64,000 nt of DNA from Deinococcota bacterium (GTDB lineage Bacteria; Deinococcota; Deinococci; Deinococcales; Thermaceae): contig JBGFRI010000005.1 in assembly GCA_041695225.1 (NCBI GenBank), positions 42,936 through 106,935 of the forward strand. Reading direction: 5' to 3'. This document shows positions 1 to 11,207 of this stretch, piece after piece. The stretch's first letter is position 1. The number at the start of each line of letters is the position of its first letter. The notes beneath the pieces are model-generated. The model did no database searches. It was given only the letters and a program-made list of their open reading frames with translations, and had not been told where the DNA came from. Both the position numbers and the translations under genes were made by a program.

Positions 1-568
1 GGAGATACAGATCACCCCCAGCCCGGCCCTTTCCCGCAAGGCGAATTTTCTGGCCCTCCCGCACGCCGGGCGGAATTCTTACGGTTATCCGCTCGGAGCC
101 GATGGAGATGGTCTTCTCACCCCCGCGATAGGCCTCCTCGAGGGCCAGGGTTAGCTCGGCTTCCAGGTCACCCCCCACCCGTCGCTGCCGCTGACGGGTG
201 GTTTCTTCGAACAAGTCGCCCAGTCCCCCCCCTCCGCGCCCGGCGAAGTTGCCAAATAGCTGCTGAAAGAATTCGGAAAAATCACCCGGGTTGCCAGTAA
301 AACCCCCAAAACCGCCCTGTCCGGGAGGGGGGCCCTGCCACTGCCCACTGCCTGGCGTACTGCCGTAGGTGTCGTAAAACTTGCGCTTTTCACTGTCGGA
401 CAAAACGGTATAGGCTTCGTTGATTTCTTTAAACCTGTCCTCGGCCCCAGGATCTTTGTTGACATCGGGGTGGTATTTGCGGGCAAGTCTCTTGAAGGCC
501 TTCTTAATTTCGTCTTCGGAGGCGTTCTTGGATACCCCGAGAATTTTGTAGTAGTCCTTGTAGGCCAT
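1..568 (-). CDS. dnaJ: DnaJ/CbpA-type co-chaperone (runs off the window edge, 3' part missing)
   Basis: Manual translation from ATG 568: [38 protein letters not shown] (J-domain with HPD), followed by a G/F-rich region and a C-terminal domain with no Zn finger; lies downstream of grpE. Confidence 0.93.
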   Translation of the reverse strand, partial: MAYKDYYKILGVSKNASEDEIKKAFKRLARKYHPDVNKDPGAEDRFKEINEAYTVLSDSEKRKFYDTYGSTPGSGQWQGPPPGQGGFGGFTGNPGDFSEFFQQLFGNFAGRGGGGLGDLFEETTRQRQRRVGGDLEAELTLALEEAYRGGEKTISIGSERITVRIPPGVREGQKIRLAGKGRAGGDLYL

Positions 569-574
569 AGAAGT

Positions 575-602
575 GTCCCGAGTCTAGAGTCTGAAGTCTA
601 GA
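575..602. repeat. Heptamer tandem repeat (GTCYNRA x4)
   Basis: gtcccga gtctaga gtctgaa gtctaga between grpE and dnaJ. Confidence 0.6.
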
Positions 603-606
603 GCCA

Positions 607-1167
607 TTAGTTTTCTTGAGCGCTCGACTCTTGACCCTCGACCTTCGGGGCCTCGCCGTTTCCCACCACTACCCGCGCAGGCCTCACCAGCAGGTCGCCA
701 TACTTGAAACCCTGCTGGTAGACGTGCATCACCTTGCCGTCCTCGCCTAGGGCCGCACCGATGGCCTCGTGGTGGCGCGGGTCGAACTCTGCCCCTACCC
801 CCGGCACCGCTTCTACACCCAGGCTCCGCAGGTTGCGGGAAAAGTTTTCCAGCACCGTCCGAACGCCTGGAATCAGGTCTTCGGGTTTCACGCTGGCAAA
901 GCCTAAAGCCCGCTCGAGGTCGTCCTGGGTACTTAGCAGGGCCCGCACTGCCTCGAACTTACCGTTGCGCTGCGCAGCTTCCAGCTCGCTAATCATGCGC
1001 TTTTTGTAGTTCTCGAACTCGGCGTACAGGCGCAAGAACTTGTTTTTGGAGGCCTCGAGCTCGCCTTTCAAAAACTCCACCTCTCCTCTGAGTTTATCTA
1101 TCTCAGCCTCCTGGGTTCGGCCCTGATCCGACGCAGACTGGTGCTGCACTTCTCTTTCGTTGCTCAT
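607..1167 (-). CDS. grpE: Nucleotide exchange factor GrpE
   Basis: LRLYAEFENYKKR, FDPRHHEA and GFKYGDLLVRPARVVV motifs; ATG 1167 after GAGG RBS. Confidence 0.96.
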   Translation of the reverse strand: MSNEREVQHQSASDQGRTQEAEIDKLRGEVEFLKGELEASKNKFLRLYAEFENYKKRMISELEAAQRNGKFEAVRALLSTQDDLERALGFASVKPEDLIPGVRTVLENFSRNLRSLGVEAVPGVGAEFDPRHHEAIGAALGEDGKVMHVYQQGFKYGDLLVRPARVVVGNGEAPKVEGQESSAQEN

Positions 1168-1239
1168 TTTCAAACCTCGGCTAACTCGGGGGAAGCCCAG
1201 GGCAGGAAATGTCGCCATTTCCCACCCTTCCCCTGCTCC

Positions 1240-3111
1240 TTAGTCGGCTGGCTTATAATCTGCGTCAATTACATCGTCGGTTTTTTGGGCAGCGGCGCCC
1301 TGGGATGCGCCAGAGGGCGCAGCTGCACCTTGCTCGTAGGCTTGCAGGGCCGCCAGCAGTTCCTCGGTTGCGGCGCGTAAATCGGCGTCGGAACCATCGT
1401 TATCCACCAGGGCCTTGGCCTTGCTTACCGCGGCCTCGAGCCTGCTCCTGGCCTCGGGAGTGCTTTGTTTTTCGCTCATCACCCGCTCGGCCTGGATGCG
1501 GGCGCTGTCCAGGCTGTTCTTCAGGTCAACATGTTCTTTGCGCTTGCGGTCGGCCTCGGCGTTGGCCTCGGCTTCCTTGATCATGCGGTCAATTTCCTGC
1601 TCGGAAAGGGTGGTGGTGTTCTGGATGGTGATCGAGGCTTCCTTGCCGGTAGACTTCTCCCTGGCCTTAACGCTCAAGATGCCGTTGCGGTCTATGTCGA
1701 AACTCACTTCAATCTGGGGCATACCTGCCGGCATGGGCGGGATGCCGTCCAGCCGGAAGCGGCCCAGGCTCTTGTTGTCAGCAGCCATGGGGCGCTCGCC
1801 CTGTACCACGTGAATCTCAACCGAAGGCTGGTTATGCTCGGCGGTGGTAAAAGTCTCCGAACGAGTGACCGGCACAGTGGTGTTGCGATTCACCAATACG
1901 GTTGCCACACCGCCTTTGGTCTCTACCCCCAGCGAGAGTGGGGTCACGTCCAGGAGCACCATATCCTCTACCGAACCGGTCAGGATACCAGCCTGTACCG
2001 CGGCCCCCAGCGCCACTACTTCGTCGGGGTTGACCGTGCGGTTGGGCTCCTTGCCCAGCATCTCCCGCACGATCTGCTGCACTGCCGGTACCCGGGTAGC
2101 GCCACCGACCAGCAGGATCTCGTGAATGGCACTGGCGCTCAGGTTGGCGTCGCGCAGGGCCTGTTCCACCGGGCCGCGGATCTTTTTGAGCAGGGGCTGG
2201 ATCAGTTCCTCAAACTTGGCGCGGGTTAGCTTGCGCTCGAGGTGCAGCGGGGTTTTGGAAACCGGATCAAGCCCAATGAAGGGCAGGCTGATGGTGGTCT
2301 CGGTAACTGCAGAAAGCTCGATCTTGGCCTTCTCCGAAGACTCAATCAGGCGCTGAAGGGCCTGGCGGTCGGCCTTGAGGTTAACCCCTCCCGACTCCTT
2401 CTTGAACTCCTCAATCAGCCAGTTGACGATGGCATGGTCCATGTCCGAGCCGCCCAGATGGGTATCCCCAGCAGTAGCCAGCACCTTGAAGACCCCGCCC
2501 CCAATTTCCAGCACGGTCACATCAAAGGTGCCGCCCCCCAGGTCGAAGACCAGCACGGTCTCGTCACCCTTCTTGTCCAGCCCATAGGCCAGGGCCGCCG
2601 CGGTAGGCTCGTTAACGATGCGCAAGACCTCCAGACCAGCAATCTTGCCAGCATTGGTGGTAGCCTCGCGCTGCGAGTTATTAAAGTAGGCCGGTACAGT
2701 AATCACCGCCCTGGTAATCTTCTCGCCAAGTTTTTTAGAAGCGTCATCCACCAGCTTTCGCAGAATCATGGCCGAGATTTCCTCGGGGGTGTAGAGCTTA
2801 CCCGCAATGTCTACCCGCACGCCCCCGTCGGGGCCCTGTACTACCTTGTAGGGGGCGCGCTTGACCTCGTCCTGTACCTCGTCCCAGCTGCGCCCTATAA
2901 AGCGCTTGATCTCGAAGACGGTGCCCTCGGCGTTGAGCACGGCCTGACGGCGGGCCACCCGGCCCACCAGCTGGTCCTTACCTTTAAAAGCAACCACACT
3001 GGGGGTGGTACGCTCACCCTCGGCGTTCTCGAGCACTACGGGCGAACCACCTTCCATGATGGCGATCACGCTATTGGTTGTTCCCAGATCAATTCCTACG
3101 GCTCTTGCCAT
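1240..3111 (-). CDS. dnaK: Hsp70 chaperone DnaK
   Basis: [17 protein letters not shown] and [10 protein letters not shown] motifs; ATG 3111 after GGAGG. Confidence 0.99.
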   Translation of the reverse strand: MARAVGIDLGTTNSVIAIMEGGSPVVLENAEGERTTPSVVAFKGKDQLVGRVARRQAVLNAEGTVFEIKRFIGRSWDEVQDEVKRAPYKVVQGPDGGVRVDIAGKLYTPEEISAMILRKLVDDASKKLGEKITRAVITVPAYFNNSQREATTNAGKIAGLEVLRIVNEPTAAALAYGLDKKGDETVLVFDLGGGTFDVTVLEIGGGVFKVLATAGDTHLGGSDMDHAIVNWLIEEFKKESGGVNLKADRQALQRLIESSEKAKIELSAVTETTISLPFIGLDPVSKTPLHLERKLTRAKFEELIQPLLKKIRGPVEQALRDANLSASAIHEILLVGGATRVPAVQQIVREMLGKEPNRTVNPDEVVALGAAVQAGILTGSVEDMVLLDVTPLSLGVETKGGVATVLVNRNTTVPVTRSETFTTAEHNQPSVEIHVVQGERPMAADNKSLGRFRLDGIPPMPAGMPQIEVSFDIDRNGILSVKAREKSTGKEASITIQNTTTLSEQEIDRMIKEAEANAEADRKRKEHVDLKNSLDSARIQAERVMSEKQSTPEARSRLEAAVSKAKALVDNDGSDADLRAATEELLAALQAYEQGAAAPSGASQGAAAQKTDDVIDADYKPAD

Positions 3112-3153
3112 ATACCCTCCGGCAGCCGTGCTAAGCACGGCTCACTAGTCCAT

Positions 3154-3182
3154 AGAATAGCTTTTGTTAATCATATAGTCAA
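3154..3182 (-). promoter_or_regulatory. SigmaA-type promoter of the dnaK operon
   Basis: Minus strand TTGACT (3182-3177), 17 bp spacer, TATTCT (3159-3154). Confidence 0.7.
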
Positions 3183-3186
3183 TAGA

Positions 3187-3207
3187 GTTGAGTGTAGTGT
3201 TGTCAAG
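3187..3207. promoter_or_regulatory. HAIR-like (HspR) operator upstream of dnaK
   Basis: GTTGAGT-N7-TGTCAAG versus HAIR consensus CTTGAGT-N7-ACTCAAG; directly upstream of the -35 box. Confidence 0.7.
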
Positions 3208-3244
3208 TTGGACTGCTCAGTCGGCGTCTCTTGGTGCCGTAATA

Positions 3245-3543
3245 AGTTTTCCATGAGCTGCGCGCACCCGTGGAGACAAAACAGAAGGGAGTTTCTTGGC
3301 AGGTTTTAGCGAGCCGGGGATGCCTCCCTTAACAAGGGGGGTGGTGAGCGTCGGCGAGCCGGGGGGATTGTTCCAGGGAACACTCGCAGCGATTTCGCAG
3401 ACTCTATAAATCACCGTACCCACCCTCCCGATCCCCCCAACCCCCCTTAGTAATGGGGTTTGAAAGAGCCCTGCAGCAAGGGAGTTTTCCATGAGCTGCA
3501 TGCACCCGTGGCGAAGAAACGGAAGGGAGTTTATTTGGTAGGT
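3245..3543 (+). repeat. ~300-bp dispersed non-coding element, copy 1, with ~59-bp terminal direct repeats
   Basis: Reverse-complement homolog at 27026-27320; internal repeats at 3245-3303 and 3483-3542. Confidence 0.85.
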
Positions 3544-3768
3544 TAGCGGTACCCAGAGGTGGTCCAAGGTTTGCAGGGCAGGGTCATCCGTTAGCGTGGT
3601 GGAGCCTGTAGTTCCGCCACAGAATGGGGTTTGACCCTTCTAGAATGCCCGCTGTCGGTACCCCCAGGAGCGTTTGCAAGCTACCCTGAGACCGCAGCGG
3701 CGCAGATGCGTTTGACATGGCTTGCACGATTGACAATCTATTGCCATCCGCTTTTGCACCGGAAGCCG

Positions 3769-4161
3769 CTATCGGCGCTTACGACCGCCCTTTCCGCCGC
3801 CAGGTTTTTTTCCGCCACCACTGCCGCTACCAAAACCACCGGAGCCGCGCAAAAAGCTTTTCAGCTTGTTCTCAAACTCGGGGGCCTGACGGGGCAGGCG
3901 CTTGGGCCGGGGGGGTTCAATGGGCGCCGGGGTAAGTTCTTTGATGGAAAGGTCTAGCCGGCCCTTATCGTCGCGGCCAAGCACCAGCACCGAGATCACA
4001 TCCCCTTCATTCAGGTGATCGCGGATGTTTTTGACAAACTCGTGGGCTACCTGCGAGATGTGTACCAGCCCCGACTCTCCAGTGGGAAACTCAACAAAAG
4101 CCCCAAACTCCATGATTCGCGTGACGCGACCTTCTACGATTGCACCGGCTTCAAGCTCCAT
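3769..4161 (-). CDS. S1 RNA-binding domain protein (YabR/GSP13-like)
   Basis: VEGRVTRIMEFGAFV...GLVHISQVA S1 motif; FENKLKSFL and a Gly/Arg-rich tail. Confidence 0.92.
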   Translation of the reverse strand: MELEAGAIVEGRVTRIMEFGAFVEFPTGESGLVHISQVAHEFVKNIRDHLNEGDVISVLVLGRDDKGRLDLSIKELTPAPIEPPRPKRLPRQAPEFENKLKSFLRGSGGFGSGSGGGKKPGGGKGGRKRR

Positions 4162-4370
4162 TCAGGCCTTCCTCCAAAACGACGCGAAATCCCACAACCC
4201 TAGTGTACTAAAGCCGACGGGGTTCACGGTACGCCACTATATCATCTGCTGCTCATGGCACTGTAAAGGGCTCGAGAGTCTTGTTACTAGAACCGACTCC
4301 TCGAGTGCTGTGACGTATTTCCAACACTAGCTGTCCAAAGTGATATATTGAAACGACGGAGGAATTCCAG

Positions 4371-5555
<1,185 letters not shown>

Positions 5556-5697
5556 GAGAAACAACATCCACCCAGCAGCAAAAGCAAAGCTAAAACGGGG
5601 TTTTCTACCAGACCGGCTATAATCCTCAGCCACCCTCTCGCCGGTGGCTTTATAGCCCCTGCTCCCCCAACCCCCTCTGCCCTGCTATCCTTTCTTC

Positions 5698-6762
5698 GTG
5701 TACGAGCTAATCAGACCCTGGCTGTTTCGCCAGGACCCCGAGTCTATCCACGAGCAGGTTATGCATGGTCTGGCCTGGCTGGGGCAGCGGGGGCCAGGCC
5801 TGGAGCTGGTGCGACGTCTCTGCACGGTGGCAGACAAGCGGCTTGAGGTCAGGGCCTTTGGCCTCGAGTTCCCCAATCCCATCGGGCTGGCGGCTGGCTT
5901 CGACAAAAACGCGATAGCGGTGCGGGCCTGGCCTGCCCTGGGCTTTGGACATGTAGAGATCGGCTCGGTAACGGCGCTGGCCCAGCCGGGAAACGAGCGG
6001 CCCCGGTTGTTTCGGCTGCCCAAAGACCAGGCGCTGATTAACCGCATGGGCTTCAATAACGACGGGGCCGATGCCGTGGCAGCAAGGCTCGAGCGCTTGC
6101 AGCAGACCTTTGGCAGACCCTCGGTTCCGCTGGGCATCAACTTGGGAAAGTCGAAGGTAACGCCTTTAGAACAAGCCCCCCAGGACTACCTGCAAAGCCT
6201 GTCCAGGCTCTGGCCCTATGGCGACTATTTCGCTATCAACGTAAGCTCGCCCAACACGCCGGGGTTGCGAGCCTTGCAGGATAAGGACAGGCTGGAAGAG
6301 TTACTCTCGGCCCTGACTAGTTTTGTGCAAAACCGCAAACCACTGCTGCTCAAAATCGCACCGGATTTGACCTGGGAGCAGATTGACGAGATTCTGGCCC
6401 TGGTGGAGCAGTACCGGCTTTCGGGGCTGATCGCTACCAACACCAGTATCAGCCGCGCCGGTCTGAAAACCATAATTAGCGAGACCGGCGGACTCTCGGG
6501 GAGGCCGCTGCAACAGCGCTCGCTGGAGGTGCTCCGGTATCTGCATAAACAGCTTAGGGGCCGCCTGCCGATTGTCTCGGTGGGGGGTATCTTCAGCCCA
6601 GAGGAGGTGTGGGAGCGGCTGGCCTGCGGGGCCACGCTGGTGCAGGTGTACACCGGTTTTGTCTACGAAGGGCCGTGCCTGCCAAAAAAGCTGTGCAGGG
6701 GACTGCTGAACCGAATGACTAAAGCAGGCATCGGTAGCCTGGAGCAGCTCAGTCCTGGGTAG
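5698..6762 (+). CDS. pyrD: Quinone-dependent dihydroorotate dehydrogenase
   Basis: NPIGLAAGFDKN, INRMGFNNDG, NVSSPNTPGLR and GGLSG motifs. Confidence 0.97.
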   Translation: MYELIRPWLFRQDPESIHEQVMHGLAWLGQRGPGLELVRRLCTVADKRLEVRAFGLEFPNPIGLAAGFDKNAIAVRAWPALGFGHVEIGSVTALAQPGNERPRLFRLPKDQALINRMGFNNDGADAVAARLERLQQTFGRPSVPLGINLGKSKVTPLEQAPQDYLQSLSRLWPYGDYFAINVSSPNTPGLRALQDKDRLEELLSALTSFVQNRKPLLLKIAPDLTWEQIDEILALVEQYRLSGLIATNTSISRAGLKTIISETGGLSGRPLQQRSLEVLRYLHKQLRGRLPIVSVGGIFSPEEVWERLACGATLVQVYTGFVYEGPCLPKKLCRGLLNRMTKAGIGSLEQLSPG

Positions 6763-7576
6763 CCAGCAGCTCCCGAATTTCCTGAAGCCTCGCCTCGGCG
6801 GCCAGCTCACCGTCGCGGATGGCCTGGCCCTGCTGCTGAAAACTAAACAACCCGATGCCCTCGAGGCTGGGTCTGAGTATCAGATCGGGCCGAGACACCG
6901 CCAGCTTGACTTCGGCCAGCCGGATCTGCATGATCTCGATGGACCGGTAGACATTCTGGATGGGGTTTACATCGGTTCCCCGCCGAAAAATCTTGTCCCA
7001 CCAGTTTTTCTGTTGCGGTTTGTCGCGCAACACCTGCAGGGGGGTAACGTCCACCGCTATTACCCGCTCAGACCCCAAAAAGCGCGCCAGATCCACCGGA
7101 ATCTGGTTCAGGATGCCCCCATCCGCCAGCAGTTGATGGCCTACCCAGATCGGGTTGATGGCCCCCGGATAGGCAATGGAGGCGCGTATAGCCTGAAACA
7201 CGTCGCCCTGGCGAAAGTAGACCTCGGTTCCGGTGATCAGGTCGGTAGCGGTGATGCCGAAGGGAACTGGAAAATCTTCAATCTGTCGTGGAATATGCGG
7301 CTCCAAGAGCCGCACTACCTCAGCAAAATTGAGCACGCCGCCCAGAGGGTTCAGATCCAGAAACCGCCAGATGGGCGTTTGCGACAAGACTTCCTGCACC
7401 TCGTCTGCGTTGTGGCCGGCGGCAAAAACCGCCCCTATCATGCTGCCCATGCTGGTTCCGGCAATAGCGCTGGGCCTGAAACCTTCGCGCTCCAGTACCC
7501 GCATTACCCCTACGTGGGCGTAGCCCCTGGCGCCTCCGCCCCCCAGGGCCAGCCCAAAGCGCTTGAACTCAATCAT
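6749..7576 (-). CDS. Patatin-like phospholipase
   Basis: GGGGARG, GTSMG (GxSxG) and DGG motifs. Confidence 0.93.
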   Translation of the reverse strand: MIEFKRFGLALGGGGARGYAHVGVMRVLEREGFRPSAIAGTSMGSMIGAVFAAGHNADEVQEVLSQTPIWRFLDLNPLGGVLNFAEVVRLLEPHIPRQIEDFPVPFGITATDLITGTEVYFRQGDVFQAIRASIAYPGAINPIWVGHQLLADGGILNQIPVDLARFLGSERVIAVDVTPLQVLRDKPQQKNWWDKIFRRGTDVNPIQNVYRSIEIMQIRLAEVKLAVSRPDLILRPSLEGIGLFSFQQQGQAIRDGELAAEARLQEIRELLATQD

Positions 7577-7655
7577 ACCCTAGACTAAAGCAAAACCGCC
7601 GCGGCTGCCTTAATCCTTGGAAAAACTGGCATCCGGACAGCCCCCAGGTACTGCC

Positions 7656-8063
7656 TCATGCGGCGTCAAGGAAACGCTTTTTGAGCTCCGGGGTAGGAAC
7701 CATGCAGCGCTCGAGCCGACCAAAAATGCGGTAGCGGTTTTTGGCAATTAGCCGGTAGGCCCAGTCCCGCAAAGGCTTGGGAAAAAACCGCAGCGCTGCC
7801 GGAATACTCCAGACGCCGCCCAGCCGATACAGGATGCGAAAAATAGCATCCGAATCGAGCCAGACCCGCTCCCCCTCGATCACCACCACACCACCAGCAA
7901 GTCCCGCACTGGTGGGGATGCCATGCTGACGCAAAAGCCTGCGCCCGGCAGCAGACTGCTGCGAGGCAAACTGAAACCTGGCCCGGGAGTCGTGGCGGAT
8001 GATGAATCGCACGGTCCGGTTACAGAGGTTACAGACCCCATCAAACAGCACGATCATCCTCAT
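7656..8063 (-). CDS. DCC1-like thiol-disulfide oxidoreductase family protein
   Basis: FDGVCNLC (DxxCxxC) and YRLIAKNRYRIFG. Confidence 0.9.
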   Translation of the reverse strand: MRMIVLFDGVCNLCNRTVRFIIRHDSRARFQFASQQSAAGRRLLRQHGIPTSAGLAGGVVVIEGERVWLDSDAIFRILYRLGGVWSIPAALRFFPKPLRDWAYRLIAKNRYRIFGRLERCMVPTPELKKRFLDAA

Positions 8064-8276
8064 GGCTTTAGCTTAGTACAAACCCGGGCTCGCTTTTGTA
8101 GGTTCGATTGCCAGGCAGGATGGGTTGGGTGGCGGCTAATCGGACGTAGGGCCTACGGATTTGTCCTCTGCTTTGCCTGTCCTGCCCTGCAATACTTGGC
8201 CAACCGGGATATTTGTAACCTGCTTGGCATCTTAGGCTGGTCGTATTGCTAGAATGTGCAACACGGGGTCGTCATA

Positions 8277-9251
8277 GTGAAACTCTTAGATAAATACGGG
8301 CGAATCATCAAAGACTTGCGGCTTTCGGTCACGCCGCGCTGCAACCTGCACTGCCTCTACTGTCATCCCCAGGGCTTTGAACAGCCCGAACCCCCTGGCG
8401 TCATATCGGTCGAAGAGACCCGCCAGTTTATAAGCGCCATGCAACTCTTGGGCCTGGAATCGGTGCGTTTTACTGGGGGCGAGCCGTTAATTCGTAAAGA
8501 ACTACCCGAGATGATTGCTGTGGCACAGGAGCTGGGTATTCCCGATATCGCCATCACCACCAACGGCCTGCTGTTCAAGCGCAAGGCCAGGGAGCTGCTA
8601 GCCGCCGGTCTCAAGCGCATCAATCTCTCCATGGACTCCGTTACCCCTGAGGTGTTCAGGACCATGACCCGTGGCGGCGAGGTAAAAAGAGTCTGGGAGG
8701 CTATCGAAACCGCCTGGGAACTGGGTCTGGTGCCAGTAAAAATCAACGCGGTGATGATTCGTGGCATGAACGATAAAGAGGTTATTCCGTTGGCCTCGCT
8801 CTCGCTAGACAGGCCTTTAGAGGTGCGCTTTCTGGAGTACATGCACCTTGATAACTCTAACCCCCAGCTCTACCAGCAACGCTTCATTGCCGGGGCCGAG
8901 ACCAAAGCCAAAATAGAGGCCCACTTTGGCCCGCTGGACAAGGTCGAAAACGATCCCACCGCCCCTGCACGGCTCTATAAGATTCCTGGCGCAGTAGGCA
9001 GCATTGGCTTTATCAACCCTGTCGCCGAACCATTCTGTTCTAAGTGCTCCCGCCTGCGCCTGACCTCCGACAAAAAGATCCGCCCTTGTCTCTTAACCGA
9101 CCTCGAGCTGGATATCGCCTGGGCCTTCAAAGCCCCTAACCCAGTTGAGGCTCTGGTAGACGCTATTCTGCTGGCCACCGACCGGAAGCCCGCCTTCGGC
9201 AACACCCTCCCCACCCTGCGCGAGCGGGTGATGGTCGGAATCGGAGGGTAG
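8277..9251 (+). CDS. moaA: GTP 3',8-cyclase MoaA
   Basis: CNLHCLYC radical-SAM motif, FTGGEPL, FCSKCSRLRLT and C-terminal IGG; GTG start at 8277 is inferred. Confidence 0.95.
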   Translation: MKLLDKYGRIIKDLRLSVTPRCNLHCLYCHPQGFEQPEPPGVISVEETRQFISAMQLLGLESVRFTGGEPLIRKELPEMIAVAQELGIPDIAITTNGLLFKRKARELLAAGLKRINLSMDSVTPEVFRTMTRGGEVKRVWEAIETAWELGLVPVKINAVMIRGMNDKEVIPLASLSLDRPLEVRFLEYMHLDNSNPQLYQQRFIAGAETKAKIEAHFGPLDKVENDPTAPARLYKIPGAVGSIGFINPVAEPFCSKCSRLRLTSDKKIRPCLLTDLELDIAWAFKAPNPVEALVDAILLATDRKPAFGNTLPTLRERVMVGIGG

Positions 9252-9401
9252 CCTCGCATAATCTTTCGGCACAGTGGCGGTCGGAAGCTTTGCCGCTTTT
9301 TACATGAGTCACACAACCTGGTCAGGTAAAGCATCCGGGTGGTTCCCTGCCCATGCAGAGAAGGTCAGGTTGCTTTAGCAGGTAGAACGTAACTCTAGAT
9401 C

Positions 9402-9530
9402 ACCTCCCCCCATTGCGGGGGAGGGCAGGGAGTGGGGTCTCGGCGCCAGCCGGGGTTTTCTCTTCGTGTCTTAACGTTTCGCCTTCGGCTCACACCCCCA
9501 CCTAGCCTCCCCCCGTCGAGGGGGAGGAGC
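9402..9530. repeat. REPIN-like pair of inverted GC-rich palindromes
   Basis: cctccccccattgcgggggagggcagggagtgggg ... cacccccacctagcctccccccgtcgagggggagg; similar arrangement at 63610-63740. Confidence 0.6.
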
Positions 9531-9686
9531 TACGGAGGAGTAGTAGCTCGCATCTTTCAGTAGAGAGTTTGTCTGAATCGCAGGTCATGATGACCACTTC
9601 TACCAGCACTGAGGGCAAGGGCCGGACGGATAGCACCCCATATCCCGGTCGCGTAGCAGCAGTGCGGGATTGCTTATGATTTATTT

Positions 9687-10391
9687 ATGGACTACGACAT
9701 AATTGTGGTGGGTGCGGGGTTTGCTGGCTCCGAGGGGGCCTACGCGCTGGCCAATAGGGGGCTGCGGGTGGGGCTGGTCACCACCAGTCTGGACTCGGTC
9801 TTCCTCCCTTTCACACCCATTCGTGCCCCCTTTCCTGCGGGCTCTTTGCTGGCCGAGGTGGGGGAAGACAACCTCGGCGGCTGGGAACTGCACTGTCGAG
9901 CCAAGTATAAGCTGGAAAACCACCCTCGGATTCACCTCTTACAGCTCTCGGTTACCCAGTTGTTGCTGAAAGGGCCGGCGGTGGTGGGCATCAAGAGTTG
10001 GGAAGGGCCACAAAAGACTGCCCCTAAGGTGGTACTGGCGCTGGGTAGTTTCATGGGGCCCAGGCTTTATATCGGCAGCATGACCGAGCAGGCCGGGCGG
10101 CTTTCGGAGGTAGCCTATCCCGACCTGTACCAGCATCTAGAGCAGCTCGGCTTTGCCTTCAATGTAGCCCAGGCCGAGGTTACTGAGCAGGGTGGAACCC
10201 CTGGTTATCGTGTGGAGTACAAGGTTTTTGCTAAGAGTGAGTGGGATCAGCCTTCCTTCCGGCTGCACCGCTTGGCCGGTCTGTACGGACTGGGCCTGTG
10301 TGTACTGGGCCAGGGAACCTATTCTGGCATGGCCGAAGAAGGGTTGCGCCTGGCAGTAGCCCTGAGCCAACCACCGCATTCCCGTGGCTAG
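9687..10391 (+). CDS. Short GidA-related FAD-dependent protein (GidR/small-GidA type)
   Basis: YDIIVVGAGFAGSEGA Rossmann motif; AGRLSE and GGTPGYRVEY GidA-like segments; 234 aa. Confidence 0.8.
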   Translation: MDYDIIVVGAGFAGSEGAYALANRGLRVGLVTTSLDSVFLPFTPIRAPFPAGSLLAEVGEDNLGGWELHCRAKYKLENHPRIHLLQLSVTQLLLKGPAVVGIKSWEGPQKTAPKVVLALGSFMGPRLYIGSMTEQAGRLSEVAYPDLYQHLEQLGFAFNVAQAEVTEQGGTPGYRVEYKVFAKSEWDQPSFRLHRLAGLYGLGLCVLGQGTYSGMAEEGLRLAVALSQPPHSRG

Positions 10392-10633
10392 CCAACCCTA
10401 TTTCAATGGGAACTGGCGCTGTTCGAGCAGTTTGTGCGACTTGCCATCCAGCCGCAGTAACGGACAGTCCTCGTAGTTTTCGCCGGCCAAAAGCCCCTTG
10501 GTAGATCAGATTGTCGGTTTGTGGTGGGTAAAGTCGCGACTCAGCGCCCAGACGGGCTCGGCGGGATTCAGTCCAAACCAGGCCACCAGCCGCTATAGCC
10601 CACCCTCGTGCGCCAGAGCACCAGCAAAGGCAA

Positions 10634-10657
10634 GTCGGCTGTATTTGGTTGTTATGT
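10634..10657 (-). mobile_element. Truncated attC (R''/L'' half only) after hicA
   Basis: Minus strand ACATAAC-aacca-AATACAGCCGAC; GTTATGTGACGG at 10651-10662 is an inverted repeat of 11104-11114. Confidence 0.6.
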
Positions 10658-10667
10658 GACGGGTGTT

Positions 10668-10889
10668 CTAGATGGCAGCGACGAATTCATTGACCGTGAG
10701 ATTAGCCGAGCGGATCAGGCTACGGAGTGTGCCCTTGGCAACCTCTTTGTCGTCGGGGACACAGAGCGTCACTAGCTCGCCCTCTTTAGTCATGATAATG
10801 TGGCTGCCGCGTTGGCGGGCGACCGCCCATCCGAAGGACTCGAAGACCCGGACCACCTCGCGCCCGCTTAAGGCTGGCAGCGAGGCCAT
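10668..10889 (-). CDS. hicA: HicA-family toxin
   Basis: LSGREVVRVFESFGW..RQRGSHIIM..GTLRSLIR; its start overlaps the hicB stop. Confidence 0.9.
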   Translation of the reverse strand: MASLPALSGREVVRVFESFGWAVARQRGSHIIMTKEGELVTLCVPDDKEVAKGTLRSLIRSANLTVNEFVAAI

Positions 10890-11095
10890 TACGCTGCAAC
10901 CTCTACCTGGCGTGTCTCGATAGTCAGTGGCATCCCTTTCTCGGCACGCACTTCTAGACATAGCGCAATGGCTTCTTTAATGTTTTCCAGCGCTTCGTCC
11001 TTCGTCGCCCCTTGGCTTACGCAGCCGGGGATCGCCGGGCACTCGACTACCCAGACCCCATCTTCGTCCCGATCAAGCGTTACGCTGAATTTCAT
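10889..11095 (-). CDS. hicB: Short HicB-family antitoxin (no DNA-binding domain)
   Basis: DEDGVWVVECPAIPGCVSQGATKDEALENIKEAI; ATG 11095 after GGAGG. Confidence 0.9.
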   Translation of the reverse strand: MKFSVTLDRDEDGVWVVECPAIPGCVSQGATKDEALENIKEAIALCLEVRAEKGMPLTIETRQVEVAA

Positions 11096-11145
11096 ATCCA
11101 CCTCCGTCACATAATCATGTCAAAACACCATAAATGCAGCAAGAC

Positions 11146-11207
11146 TTCTAACGGCACGCGCTTCAGCCGCCGGGCGAAGCGAGGTCGGCTGCAAGCACAT
11201 GTTAGCC
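11146..11207 (-). mobile_element. Integron attC site (62 bp)
   Basis: Minus strand GGCTAAC-atgtg-CTTGCAGCCGacctcgcttcgcccggCGGCTGAAG-cgcgtgcc-GTTAGAA; the nitrilase stop codon lies inside R''. Confidence 0.88.

Noticed and set aside
2242..3309. Long antisense ORFs (355 aa here; also 48012-48944 and 51917-52843)
   Set aside because: Shadow frames of well-supported genes in high-GC DNA
3217..3567. 116-aa ORF, and the ORFs at 27156-27435
   Set aside because: They lie within the non-coding 300-bp repeat and the frame is not conserved between copies
8277..9251. MoaA as the missing radical activator for PhnJ
   Set aside because: Canonical MoaA motifs, about 25 kb away, with no evidence of linkage
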